A DNA stretch of 64,000 bases from Eledone cirrhosa (taxonomy: Eukaryota). The translations under genes were made by a program, and so were the position numbers. The notes under the pieces were generated by a model. The model was not told the DNA's origin and ran no database searches. It saw nothing but the letters and a program-made list of their open reading frames with translations. The stretch is taken from positions 3,162,001 to 3,226,000 of the forward strand of contig OZ024751.1 in the NCBI GenBank assembly GCA_964016885.1. The letters are read 5' to 3'. The first letter of the stretch is position 1; each line of letters opens with the position of its first letter. Shown here one piece after another: positions 13,801-27,637 of the stretch.

Positions 13801-16758
13801 CTGGAACGAAACCGAATCAACTCTAGTGACACATTTTCGGAGATAAGGAGAAAGTGTCTCATCTCTTCAATAGCTTCAAGACGAGTGATAGGGTATCCAC
13901 AATAGAGAGAGATATAGAGAGGGGGCAGCACTGAGGGTCGCCTTCAAGACCGCATGGTAAATCCGAAATAATACAGCAGAAAAACAGGGTAAATCGGAAA
14001 TAATACAGCAGAAAACAGCAGTAATATTAATAATAGTAACGTCATAAGAGCTCAGATACCTTTGAAAATTTGTATGGATGGGTGGCTGGAACGAAACCGA
14101 ATAAACTCTAGTGACACATTTTAGCAGATAAGGAGAAAGTGTCTCATCTCTTCAATAGCTTCAAGACGAGTGATAGGGTTGCCACCATAGAGAGAGATAT
14201 AGAGAGGGGCCCACTGAGGATCGCCTTCAAGACCGCATGGTAAATCCGAAATAATACAGCAGAAAAACAGGGTAAATCCGAAATAATACAGCAGAAAACA
14301 GCAGTAATATTAATAATAATAAAGTCATAAGAGCTAAGATACCTTCGTAAATTTGTATGGATGGGTGGCTTGAACGAAACCGAATCAACTCTAGTGACAC
14401 ATTTTAGCAGATAAGGAGAAAGTGTCTTATCTCTTCAATAGCTTCAAGACGAGTGATAGGGTAGCCATCATGGAGAGAGATATAGATAGGGGAGCACTGA
14501 GGGTCGCCTTCAAGACCGCATGGTAAATCCGAAATAATACAGCAGAAAAAGTGGGTAAATCCGAAATAATACAGCAGAAAACAGCAGTAATATTAATAAT
14601 AATACGTCATAAGAGCTAAGATACCTTCGTAAATTTGTATGGATGGGTGGCTGGAACGAAACCGAATCAACTCTAGTGACACATTTTAGCAGATAAGGAG
14701 AAAGTGTCTCATCTCTTCAATAGCTTTACGACGAGTGATAGGGTAGCCACCATAGAGAGAGATAAAGAGAGGGGCCCACTGAGGGTCGCCTTCAAGATCG
14801 CATGGTAAATCCGAAATAATACAGCAGAAAACAGCAGTAATATTAATGATAATAACGTCATAAGAGCTAAGATACCTTCGTAAATTTGTGTGGATGAGTG
14901 GCTGGAACGAAACCGAATCAACTCTAGTGACACATTTTAGCAGATAAGGAGAAAGTGTCTTATCTCTTCAATAGCTTCAAGACGAGAGATAGGGTAGCCA
15001 TTCTAGAGAGAGATATAGAGGGGGGGGCACTGAGGGTCGCCTTCAAAACCGCATGGTAATTCCGAAATAATACATCAGAAAAACAGGGTAAATCCGAAAT
15101 AATACAGCAGAAAACAGCAGTAGTATTAATAATAATAACGTCATAAGAGCTAAGATACCTTTGAAAATATGTATGGATGGGTGGCTGGAACGAAACCGAA
15201 TCAACTCTAGTGACACATTTTAGGAGATAAGGAGAAAGTGTCTCATTTCTTCAATATCTTCAAGACGAGAGATAGGGTAACCACAATAGAGAGAGATATA
15301 GAGAGGGGGCACACTGAGGGTCGCCTTCAAGACCGCATCGTAAATCCGAAATAATACAGCAGAAAAGCAGGGTAAATCCGAAATAATACAGCAGAAAACA
15401 GCAGTAATATTAATAATAATAACGTCATAAGAGCTAAGATACCTTTGAAAATATGTATGGATGGGTGGCTGGAACGAAACCGAATCAACTCTAGTGACAC
15501 ATTTTAGCAGATAAGGAGAAAGTGTCTTATCTCTTCAATAGCTTCAAGACGAGTGATAGGGTAGCCATCATAGAGAGAGATATAGAGAGGGGGCAGCACT
15601 GAGGGTCGCCTTCAAGACCGCATCGTAAATCCGAAATAATACAGCAGAAAAACAGCAGTAATATTAATAATAATAACGTCATAAGAGATAAGATACCTTC
15701 GTAAAGTTGTATGGATGGGTGGCTGGAACGAAACCGAATCAACTCTAGTGACATATTTTAGCAGATAAAGAGACAGTGTCTTATCTCTTCAATAGCTTCA
15801 AGACGAGTGATGGGGTAGCCATCATAGAGAGAGATATAGAGAGGGAGGGCACTGAGGGTCGCCTTCAAGACCGCATGGTAATTCCGAAATAATACAGCAG
15901 AAAAACAGGGTAAATTCGAAATAATACAGCAGAAAACAGCAGTAATATTAATAATAATAACGTCATAAGAGATAAGATACCTTCGTAAAGTTGTATGGAT
16001 GGGTGGCTGGAACGAAACCGAATCAACTCTAGTGACACATTTTAGCAGATAAGGAGAAAGTGTCTTATCTCTTCAATAGCTTCAAGACGAGTGATAGGGT
16101 AGCCATCATTGAGAGAGATATAGAGGGTCGCCTTCAAGACCGCATGGTAAATCCGAAATAATACAGCAGAAAACAGCAGTAATATTAATAATAATAACGT
16201 CATAAGAGCTAAGATACCTTCGTAAATTGGTATGGATGGGTGGCTGGAACAAAACCGAATTAACTCTAGTGACACATTTTAGCCGTAAGGAGAAAGTGTC
16301 TTATCTCTTCAATAGCTTCAAGACGAGTGATGAGGTAGCCATCATAGAGAGAGATATAGAGAGGGGGCGCACTGAGGGTCGCCTTCAAGACCGCATGGTA
16401 AATCCGAAATAATACAACAGAAAAACAGGGTAAATCCGAAATAATACAGCAGAAAACAGCAGTAATATTAATAATAATAACGTCATAAGAGCTAAGTTAC
16501 CTTTGAAAATATGTATGGATGGGTGGCTGGAACGAAATCGAATCAACTCTAGTGACACATTTTAGGAGATAAGGAGAAAGTGTCTCATCTCTTCAATAGC
16601 TTCAAGACGAGTGATAGGGTAGCCATCATGGAGAGAGATATAGATAGGGGAGCACTGAGGGTCGCCTTCAAGACCGCATGGTAAATCCGAAATAATACAG
16701 CAGAAAAAGAGGGTAAATCCGAAATAATACAGCAGAAAACAGCAGTAATATTAATAAT

Positions 16759-16870
16759 TGTTTCTACATTTGGCACAAGGCCAGCAATTACCCAGTACAT
16801 TACTGGTACTTTATTTTATCGACCCCGTAAGGATGAAAGGCAAAGTTAACCTCGGCGGGATTTGAACTCA
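16759..16870 (-). mobile_element. 5'-truncated tRNA-derived SINE inserted in the satellite, 16-bp TSD
   Basis: Minus strand reads gagttcaaatcccgccgagg (B box)...gcctttcatccttacggggtcgataaaataaagtaccag...agaaaca. It is flanked by cagtaatattaataat at 16743-16758 and 16871-16886. Confidence 0.9.
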
Positions 16871-19800
16871 CAGTAATATTAATAATAATACGTCATAAGA
16901 GCTAAGATACCTTCGTAAATTTGTATGGATGGGTGGCTGGAACGAAACCGAATCAACTCTAGTGACACATTTTAGCAGATAAGGAGAAAGTGTCTCATCT
17001 CTTCAATAGCTTTACGACGAGTGATAGGGTAGCCATTCTAGAGAGAGATATAGAGGGGGGGGGGCACTGAGGGTCGCCTTCAAAACCGCATGGTAATTCC
17101 GAAATAATACATCAGAAAAACAGGGTAAATCCGAAATAATACAGCAGAAAACAGCAGTAGTATTAATAATAATAACGTCATAAGAGCTAAGATACCTTTG
17201 AAAATATGTATGGATGGGTGGCTGGAACGAAACCGAATCAACTCTAGTGACACATTTTAGGAGATAAGGAGAAAGTGTCTCATTTCTTCAATAGCTTCAA
17301 GACGAGAGATAGGGTAACCACAATAGAGAGAGATATAGAGAGGGGGCACACTGAGTGTCGCCTTCAAGACCGCATCGTAAATCCGAAATAATACAGTAGA
17401 AAAACAGCAGTAATATTAATAATAATAACGTCATAAGAGCTAAGATACCTTTGAAAATATGTATGGATGGGTGGCTGGAACGAAACCGAATCAACTCTAG
17501 TGACACATTTTGGCAGATAAGGAGAAAGTGTCTCATCTCTTCAATAGCTTCAAGACGAGTGATAGGGTAGCCACAATAGAGAGAGATACTGAGAGGGGGG
17601 AGCACTGAGGGTCGCCTTCAAGACCGCATGGTAATTCCGAAATAATACAGCAGAAAAACAGGGTAAATTCGAAATAATACAGCAGAAAACAGCAGTAATA
17701 TTAATAATAATAACGTCATAAGAACTAAGATACATTCGTACATTTGTATGGATGGGAGGCTGGAACGAAACCGAATCAACTCTAGTGACACATTTTAGCA
17801 GATAAGGAGAAAGTGTCTTATCTCTTCAATAGCTTCAAGACGAGTGATAGGGTAGCCATCATTGAGAGAGATATAGAGGGTCGCCTTCAAGACCGCATGG
17901 TAAATCCGAAATAATACAGCAGAAAACAGCAGTAATATTAATAATAATAACGTCATAAGAGCTAAGATACCTTCGTAAATTGGTATGGATGGGTGGCTGG
18001 AACTAAACCGAATTAACTCTAGTGACACATTTTAGCAGTAAGGAGAAAGTGTCTTATCTCTTCAATAGCTTCAAGACGAGTGATGAGGTAGCCATCATAG
18101 AGAGAGATATAGAGAGGGGGCGCACTGAGGGTCGCCTTCAAGACCGCATGGTAAATCCGAAATAATACACCAGAAAAACAGGGTAAATCCGAAATAATAC
18201 AGCAGAAAACAGCAGTAATATTAATAATAATAACGTCATAAGAGCTAAGATACCTTCGTAAATTTGTATGGATGGGTGGCTGGAACGAAGCCGAATCAAC
18301 TCTAGTGACACATTTTAGCAGTTAACGAGAAAGTGTAATATCTCTTCAATAGCTTCAAGACGAGTGATAGGGTAGCCATCATAGAGAGAGATATAGAGAG
18401 GGGGCGGCACTGAGGGTCGCCTTCAAGACAGCATGGTAAATCCGAAATAATACAGCAGAAAACAGCAGTAATATTAATAATAATAACGTCATAAGAGCTA
18501 AGTTACCTTTGAAAATATGTATGGATGGGTGGCTGGAACGAAACCGAATCAACTCTAGTGACACATTTTAGGAGATAAGGAGAAAGTGTCTCATCTCTTC
18601 AATAGCTTCAAGACGAGTGATAGGGTAGCCACAATAGAGAGAGATATAGAGAGGGAGGAGCACTAGGGTCGCCTTCAAGACCGCATCGTAAATCCGAAAT
18701 AATAGAGCAGAAAAACAGGGTAAAGCCGAAATAATACAGCAGAAAACAGCAGTAATATTAATAATAATAACGTCATAAGAGCTAAGATACCTTCGTAAAT
18801 TTGTATGGATGGGTGGCTTGAACGAAACCGAATCAACTCTAGTGACACATTTTAGCAGATAAGGAGAAAGTGTCTTATCTCTTCAATAGCTTCAAGACGA
18901 GTGATAGGGTAGCCATCATGGAGAGAGATATAGATAGGGGAGCACTGAGGGTCGCCTTCAAGACCGCATGGTAAATCCGAAATAATACAGCAGAAAAAGA
19001 GGGTAAATCCGAAATAATACAGCAGAAAACAGCAGTAATATTAATAATAATACGTCATAAGAGCTAAGATACCTTCGTAAATTTGTATGGATGGGTGGCT
19101 GGAACGAAACCGAATCAACTCTAGTGACACATTTTAGCAGATAAGGAGAAAGTGTCTCATCTCTTCAATAGCTTTACGACGAGTGATAGGGTAGCCACCA
19201 TAGAGAGAGATAAAGAGAGGGGCCCACTGAGGGTCGCCTTCAAGATCGCATGGTAAATCCGAAATAATACAGCAGAAAACAGCAGTAATATTAATGATAA
19301 TAACGTCATAAGAGCTAAGATACCTTCGTAAATTTGTGTGGATGAGTGGCTGGAACGAAACCGAATCAACTCTAGTGACACATTTTAGCAGATAAGGAGA
19401 AAGTGTCTTATCTCTTCAATAGCTTCAAGACGAGAGATAGGGTAGCCATTCTAGAGAGAGATATAGAGGGGGGGGCACTGAGGGTCGCCTTCAAAACCGC
19501 ATGGTAATTCCGAAATAATACATCAGAAAAACAGGGTAAATCCGAAATAATACAGCAGAAAACAGCAGTAGTATTAATAATAATAACGTCATAAGAGCTA
19601 AGATACCTTTGAAAATATGTATGGATGGGTGGCTAGAACGAAACCGAATCAACTCTAGTGACACATTTTAGGAGATAAGGAGAAAGTGTCTCATTTCTTC
19701 AATAGCTTCAAGACGAGAGATAGGGTAACCACAATAGAGAGAGATATAGAGAGGGGGCACACTGAGGGTCGCCTTCAAGACCGCATTGTAAATCCGAAAT

Positions 19801-22800
19801 AATACAGCAGAAAAACAGCAGTAATATTAATAATAATAACGTCATAAGAGCTAAGATACCTTTGAAAATATGTATGGATGGGTGGCTGGAACGAAACCGA
19901 ATCAACTCTAGTGACACATTTTGGCAGATAAGGAGAAAGTGTCTCATCTCTTCAATAGCTTCAAGACGAGTGATAGGGTAGCCACAATAGAGAGAGATAC
20001 TGAGAGGGGGGAGCACTGAGGTTCGCCTTCAAGGCCGCATCGTAAATCCGAAATAATACAGCAGAAAAGCAGGGTAAATCCGAAATAATACAGCAGAAAA
20101 CAGCAGTAATATTAATAATAATAACGTCATAAGAGCTAAGATACCTTTGAAAATTTGTATCGATGGGTGGCTGGAACGAAACCGAATCAACTCTAGTGAC
20201 ACATTTTAGCAGATAAGGAGAAAGTGTCTTATCTCTTCAATAGCTTCAAGACGAGTGATAGGGTAGCCATCATAGAGAGAGATATAGAGAGGGGCCCACT
20301 GAGGGTCGCCTTCAAGACCGCATGGTAGATCCGAAATAATACAGCAGAAAAACAAGTTAAATCCGAAATAATACGGCAGAAAACAGCAGTAATATTAATA
20401 ATAATAACGTCATAAGAGCTAAGATACCTTTGAAAATTTGTATGGATGGGTGGCTGGAACGAAACCTAAGCAACTCTAGTGACACATTTTAGGAGATAAG
20501 GAGAAAGTGTCTCATCTCTTCAATAGCTTCAAGACGAGAGATAGGGTAGCCACAATAGAGAGAGATATAGAGAGGGGGCAGCACTGCGGGTCGCCTTCAA
20601 GACCGCATCGTAAATCCGAAATAATACAGCAGAAAAACAGCAGTAATATTAATAATAATAACGTCATAAGAGATAAGATACCTTCGTAAAGTTGTATGGA
20701 TGGGTGGCTGGAACGAAACCGAATCAACTCTAGTGACATATTTTAGCAGATAAAGAGACAGTGTCTTATCTCTTCAATAGCTTCAAGACGAGTGATGGGG
20801 TAGCCATCATAGAGAGAGATATAGAGAGGGAGGGCACTGAGGGTCGCCTTCAAGACCGCATGGTAATTCCGAAATAATACAGCAGAAAAACAGGGTAAAT
20901 TCGAAATAATACAGCAGAAAACAGCAGTAATATTAATAATAATAACGTCATAAGAACTAAGATACATTCGTACATTTGTATGGATGGGAGGCTGGAACGA
21001 AACCGAATCAACTCTAGTGACACATTTTAGCAGATAAGGAGAAAGTGTCTTATCTCTTCAATAGCTTCAAGACGAGTGATAGGGTAGCCATCATTGAGAG
21101 AGATATAGAGGGTCGCCTTCAAGACCGCATGGTAAATCCGAAATAATACAGCAGAAAACAGCAGTAATATTAATAATAATAACGTCATAAGAGCTAAGAT
21201 ACCTTCGTAAATTGGTATGGATGGGTGGCTGGAACAAAACCGAATTCACTCTAGTGACACATTTTAGCAGTAAGGAGAAAGTGTCTTATCTCTTCAATAG
21301 CTTCAAGACGAGTGATGAGGTAGCCATCATAGAGAGAGATATAGAGAGGGGGCGCACTGAGGGTCGCCTTCAAGACCGCATGGTAAATCCGAAATAATAC
21401 ACCAGAAAAACAGGGTAAATCCGAAATAATACAGCAGAAAACAGCAGTAATATTAATAATAATAACGTCATAAGAGCTAAGATACCTTCGTAAATTTGTA
21501 TGGATGGGTGGCTGGAACGAAACCGAATCAACTCTAGTGACACATTTTAGCAGTTAACGAGAAAGTGTAATATCTCTTCAATAGCTTCAAGACGAGTGAT
21601 AGGGTAGCCATCATAGAGAGAGATATAGAGAGGGGGCGGCACTGAGGGTCGCCTTCAAGACAGCATGGTAAATCCGAAATAATACAGCAGAAAACAGCAG
21701 GAATATTAATAATAATAACGTCATAAGAGCTAAGTTACCTTTGAAAATATGTATGGATGGGTGGCTGGAACGAAACCGAATCAACTCTAGTGACACATTT
21801 TCGGAGATAAGGAGAAAGTGTCTCATCTCTTCAATAGCTTCAAGACGAGTGATAGGCTAGCCACAATAGAGAGAGATATAGAGAGGGGAGAGCACTGAGG
21901 GTCGCCTTCAAGACCGCATCGTAAATCCGAAATAATACAGCAGAAAAACAGGGTAAATCCGAAATAATACAGCAGAAAACAGCAGTAATATTAATAATAA
22001 TAACGTCATAAGAGCTAAGATACCTTCGTAAATTTGTATGGATGGGTGGCTGGAACGAAACCGAATCAACTCTAGTGACACATTTTAGCAGATAAGGAGA
22101 AATTGTCTTATCTCTTCAACAGCTTCAAGACGAGTGATAGGATAGCCATTATAGAGAGAGATATAGAGAGGGGGGCACTGAGGGTCGCCTTCAAGACCGC
22201 ATGGTAAATCCGAAATAATACAGCCGAAAAACAGGGTAAATCCGAAATAATACAGCAGAAAACAACAGTAATATTAATAATAATAACGTCATAAGAGCTA
22301 AGATACATTCGTAAATTTGTATGGATGGGTGGCTGGAACGAAACCGAATCATCTCTAGTGACACATTTTAGCAGTAAGGAGAAATTGTCTTATCTCTTCA
22401 ACAGCTTCAAGATGAGTGATAGGGTAGCCATCATAGAGAGAGATATAGAGAGGGGGAAGACTGAGGGTCGCCTTCAAGACCGCATGGTAATTCCGAAATA
22501 ATACAACTTAAAAACAGGGTAATTTCGAAATAATACAGCAGAAAACAGCAGTAATATTAACAATAATAACGTCATAAGAGCTAAGATACCTTTGAAAATG
22601 TGTATGGATGGGTGGCTGGAACGAAATCGAATCAACTCTAGTGAGACATTTTAGCATATAAGGAGAAAGTGTCTTATCTCTTCAATAGCTTCAAGACGAG
22701 TGATAGGGTAGCCATCATAGAGGGAGATATAGAGAGGGGGCGGCACTGAGGGTCGCCTTCAAGACCGCATGGTAATTCCGAAATAATACAGCAGAAAAAC

Positions 22801-24060
22801 AGGGTAAATCCGAAATAATACAGCAGAAAACAGCAGTAATATTAACAATAATAACGTCATAAGAGCTAAGATACCTTTGAAAATGTGTATGGATGGGTGG
22901 CTGGAACGAAATCGAATCAACTCTAGTGAGACATTTTAGCAGATAAGGAGAAAGTGTTTCATCTCTTCAATAGCTTCAAGACGAGTGATAGGCTAGCCAC
23001 AATAGAGAGAGATATAGAGAGGGGGGAGCACTGAGGGTCGCCTTCAAGACCGCATCGTAAATCCGAAATAATACAGCAGAAAAAGAGGGTAAATCCGAAA
23101 TAATACAGCAAAAACAGCAGTAATATTAATAATAATAACGTCATAAGAGCTAAGATACCTTCGCAAATTTGTATGGATGGGTGGCTGGAACGAAACCAAA
23201 TCAACTCTAGAGACACATTTTAGCAGTTAAGGAGAAAGTGTCTCCTCTCTTCAATAGCTTCAAGACGAGTGATAGGGTAGCCACCATAGAGAGAGATATA
23301 GAGAGGGGCCCACTGAGGGTCGCCTTCAAGACCGCATCGTAAATCCGAAATAATACAGCAGAAAAACAGGGTAAATGCGAAATATTACAGCAGAAATCAG
23401 CAGTGATGTTAATAACAATAACGTCATAAGAGCTAAGATACCTTCGTAAATTTGTATGGATGGGTGGCTGGAACGAAACCGAATCAACTCTAGTGACACA
23501 TTTTAGCAGATAAGGAGAAAGTGTCTTATCTCTTCAATAGCTTCAAGACGAGTGATAGGGTAGCCATTCTACAGAGAGATATAGAGAGGGGGGGGCACTG
23601 AGTGTCGCCTTCAAGACCGCATGGTAAATCCGAAATAATACAGCAGAAAAACAGGGTAAATCCGAAATAATACAGCAGAAAACAGCAGTAATATTAATAA
23701 TAATAACGTCATAAGAGCTAAGATACCTTCGTAAATTTTTATGGATGGGTGGCTGGAACGAAACCGAATCAACTCTAGTGACACATTTTAGCAGTTAACG
23801 AGAAAGTGTCTTATCTCTTCAATAGCTTCAAGACGAGTGATAGGGTAGCCATCATAGAGAGAGATATAGAGAGGGGGGGCACTGAGGGTCGCCTTCAAGA
23901 CAGCATGGTAAATCCGAAATAATACAGCAGAAAACAGCAGTAATATTAATAATAATAACGTCATTAGAGCTAAGATACCTTCGTAAATGTGTATGGATGG
24001 GTGGCTGGAACGAAACCGAATCAACTCTAGTGACACATTTTAGTAGATAAGGATATTTGT

Positions 24061-26105
24061 TATTTTTATTTATAATTAACTCCGTATTGAACCAACAAAC
24101 CTAGAGAAATAATTGTTTCTACTTTAGGCACAAGGCCAGCAATTACTCATTGCATTACTGGTACTTTATTTTACGACCCCGTAAGGTTGAAAGGCAAAGT
24201 CAACCTCGGCGGGATTTGAACTCTGATCGTAAATTGACGTAACTATGCTGGAAAGCATGGTGTCTGACCCTTTACCGATACTGCCAAACCGAAAGAAATA
24301 ATGCTCCAATAATGTTGAGCACTTCCAAATGTAATATTGAACAGCGGCACTGACTTCAGTGTACAGCTACTGCCAGCATGGGATTAACTGATCTACTTAC
24401 CATTCGGATTTTGGCTGCTCTGTGCTTTATCTACCGCCCACCCGATGCTGCTTCCCTGTCGGGAATATTCGGATTCCAACAAAATTCTACGTATTGTACT
24501 AAAACATGTATTGTATTAACTGAATTCTCTACTCTATACCTCAGGACTTTTTTGTGACTCACACTGAATTCGGAGACCCGAACTTTACACTAGGTACAAC
24601 CTGTTACCATTCCATCTCTTCCATCCTCTATATCTATATGTACAACCTGTATTATCTTACTACAACCTGATCTATATTGTATTTCCCCTTTGCTCTGATT
24701 CCTCCGATATGTTCTTATATACTTCCGTCTTACTACATCACTACCCTAGCTATGAAAACGTTTTATTTATGTATTTTACTTTTTACTTTTATTACTTTAT
24801 TAATGTATGTTTATCAATGTATTCTTTATCTTTGTATTTTATCTTTGTATCCTGCTTTTATTTATTTGTAACTTTCCTTACTCAAGTCATTATGCACCTT
24901 TCATAGCCCCCTACCCACCAAAGAACCACACTACTTATAATCCGGACTAACTGGGACATTAAAATAATTATAGTCTATTTGCACTCTTTATTGGGTTTTG
25001 CTACCTTCGATTGATGTGGTGGCTTTTCCAGGCTGCGCGATGGCCGCTCGGAGAGTTCAGCCTTCCTTGGGTGCTTGGAAAAATAAATTTCCCCTCTTTC
25101 GGTAAACGAAATTACTCGGAGCGGTTGCCCTGCCCCGGGCCCGCCGCGCCGCCTGTTTTGACCGCCATATTATACTTATACCTATAAACTCTAGGCTTAG
25201 GCATAACTGTTAGCTGTATCATGCCTCTACTGGCACGTAAATAAACCCCTCATGTGTGAATTAATAGTATTCGTTTGGTATTGACGATGGCCTGTCGAAA
25301 TTGTAGACTTCCCGCTAGCACACCCGGGGCCTAGCTTAGCTACGTTTCTAGAGTACTCGGAAAAATTAATTTCCATTTCTTTCGCTGGACGATACCACTC
25401 GAAACTGGCTGACACGTGGTTAGGAGGTGCTCGCTGGGATTCACAATCGAAGGCTTTAATCTTTATCCCACCCTGATATCTTATCGAGATTAACTTTTTC
25501 TTATAAGACTCTCTCTGTAAGTTCATTAAATAATTTTTTAATTTATTTTCCAATTTTCAATTTATTATTTTTTAATTTAATTTCATCCTATAACTCGTAA
25601 CATAAGTTTAACGTTCTAATTTTCTGTTCACACATTAGACCATTCAGACACCCATTATATATTCCTTTGTTAAAATATAGATTCTTTATAGATTCTTTAG
25701 AATAACATTTTTCGCGGCATTTTCTAGCTTGACTGTAGTGTGACCCTTACGCTGACTTCTTTCTTCTTTCTTTCTTCCCCCTTTTTTATTTTTTTTTATT
25801 CTTTGACGGAGAGGTGGTAGTACATTATAAGCCTTCGCCCCCTCACCAGATGGTCATTAGCAGATCGAGTAGCCATCACTTTGAGGGCGACTGGCAGAGG
25901 TGAAGGTAGCTAATTGGTCAGTCGTCCTCTCTGTCTCTGATTTTTCGGACCCATGGTTTTTACATATTCCTTTGTTATATTTCGAATACCCGATGATATC
26001 ACCGGATTCATATGGAACCCAGTCATTCAAATGATCATAGTATAACAAACCTTTCAAGGATTTACACCAGTCCAGCCTATTTTTATTTATAATTAACTCC
26101 GTATT
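24061..26105. repeat. ~2-kb unidentified segment bounded by an exact 28-bp direct repeat
   Basis: tatttttatttataattaactccgtatt occurs at 24061-24088 and at 26078-26105. Confidence 0.6.
24114..24293 (-). mobile_element. Near full-length tRNA-derived SINE, 9-bp TSD
   Basis: Same family as the 16759 copy. A-box-like TGGCAGTATCGG and B box GAGTTCAAATCC on the minus strand. TSD agaaataat at 24105-24113 and 24294-24302. Confidence 0.88.
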
Positions 26106-26223
26106 CGCACCACCAACTAGACAAACGAAGACGGGTTAACTGCACTACGTTGAGTACTCTCCACAGTATTACACCAAGATTGACCATACGGAATGACCAA
26201 TTCTATCCAGTGGTCAAACCTAA

Positions 26224-26270
<47 letters not shown>

Positions 26271-26274
<4 letters not shown>

Positions 26275-27367
26275 GTATTAGTAAGATTCCTATCTATAGT
26301 AATTTTTAGGTTTAGGTTAGCAAAGGTATCGATTAAGTCTTTACGGAATTTATCAAGGTTATGGCCGTTGGTGGTATAAGAAACTGCCAAACCGTCGTCT
26401 CGGTATAAACCGATATTATGGCAAGGAAATTTGTCTTTAAGGGTGTGGAGGAAGAATAATCCTAATAAGTCGCACACATCGGCGCTTTCATATGAGCCCA
26501 TCACGACATCAAAAGAGTTTTCAGGGCTTGATTTTTGAACCCATATACCTTCAAAAAGTAATGTTTTCCTAGTATGAAAGATAACGTCTTCTTCTAATTT
26601 AGAAATATTAATGAAAAGTCTAGCAAAATCTAAAGCTTTAGTTAATAAGGATTCAGTGATAGAGGGGTAAAAATCAACAATATCAAATTGGGTAAATCTA
26701 CACATATTTTTTCTTTGTATATTATTAAACCAAGAAATAACAAAGGATGTATTTAACCATTGGGATAAGTCAGTCATAGTTCTTATTTGAAGTATTATAT
26801 TTCTTAGAATTTTTTTACTCGCAAGACCAATTTCAGATTTAGCAGGGTTGATTAGTCTACAACTGGGTCGATTAGTAAAGTCTAATTTATGGTCTTTAAG
26901 GGTAATATATTCTTTACGTTTAGCTAGGCTTTCAATCCGGTTATCAATTTTTAAAGTACTAGCTAAGGCTTTAGCGTCATTATTAATATATTATAAGTAT
27001 TAATATTAGCTATTTGATATTTAGCAGTGATGCTATCTGTTAATAGTTGGTTATACGAATAGTTATTAACTTCATGAAGATTTTTGGTTTTGTCAGAAAA
27101 AACGAAAGTATTTTTAGTGTGTTTAAAATTAGAAATGTCGTTAAAGAGTTTGGATTGAAAATTGTTGTTGCACTTACAGTATTTTAATTCATTTATCAAG
27201 TTAACTAGGTCTATTTGGAAGTTGGCCATGTCCTTAATTCTATGTGGGTACTTGCGAGATTTAATATCAAAGTAGTCATTAGAATCAGCACAGAATTGTT
27301 CATCGAAAATCATCGCCTTCCATTTCATTCTTTTTATGACTTGTTCAATTTTGTTAATTAATAATTT

Positions 27368-27369
<2 letters not shown>
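26271..27369 (-). pseudogene. Penelope-like (Naiad-type) reverse transcriptase fragment, frameshifted and truncated by (TA)n at both ends
   Basis: ORF pieces contain IKRMKWKA, SDKTKNL, FTQFDIVDFYPSI, FDVVMGSYESADVCDLLG and GLYRDDGL, which are PLE RT motifs. Confidence 0.88.
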
Positions 27370-27407
<38 letters not shown>

Positions 27408-27435
27408 ATCAAAAGATGGTTAAAAGAGTTCCAAG

Positions 27436-27506
27436 TATTTTATTATGCGCTTTTCAAAAACAAATATCATCATGAGATGATATTTGCGTTTTCATCAGAT
27501 AAAATA
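27436..27506 (-). ncRNA. Type I hammerhead ribozyme, pLTR family A (stem III palindrome has one change)
   Basis: Minus strand: tattttat-CTGATGA-aaacgcaaatatc...gatatttgttttt-GAAA-agcgca-TA-ataaaata. Lies in a pLTR copy at ~27404-27564. Confidence 0.65.
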
Positions 27507-27559
27507 GGGATACATGATATGAAGGTTAAAAAACACTTGTGAATAGTGAAGTTTTAAAT

Positions 27560-27637
<78 letters not shown>

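Larger units (their letters stand above)
1..24053. repeat. Tandem satellite DNA, monomers of ~251 bp and ~283 bp (rarer ~239 bp)
   Basis: The motif aacagcagtaatattaataataataacgtcataagagctaagatacc...gaacgaaaccgaatcaactctagtgacac recurs continuously. Long monomers carry a 32-bp internal duplication (gtaaatccgaaataatacagcagaaaaacagg). The array runs off the left edge and stops abruptly at ...tagataagga (24053). Confidence 0.98.

Noticed and set aside
1277-24036. Dozens of 60-100-aa minus-strand ORFs (MSLELIRFRSSHPS...LLLILLLFSAVLF) resembling signal-peptide or membrane microproteins
   Set aside because: They are translations of the satellite monomer. The starts are mostly GTG/TTG, the hydrophobic run comes from (ATT)n, and frames break freely between monomers.
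1-24053. Hammerhead or CRISPR-like structure in the main satellite (ctgagggtcgcc...ccgaaataatac)
   Set aside because: The core is usually CTGAGGG and no consistent stem I/III or NUH site could be drawn. There are no unique spacers or cas genes.
25984-26030. Hammerhead-like CCGATGA...GGAACCCAGTC
   Set aside because: Two core substitutions and out-of-register stems, compatible with chance.
24054-26220. snRNA, 5S or rRNA gene in the unique-looking segment
   Set aside because: No U1, U2, U6, 5S or rRNA signature sequence was recognised on either strand.
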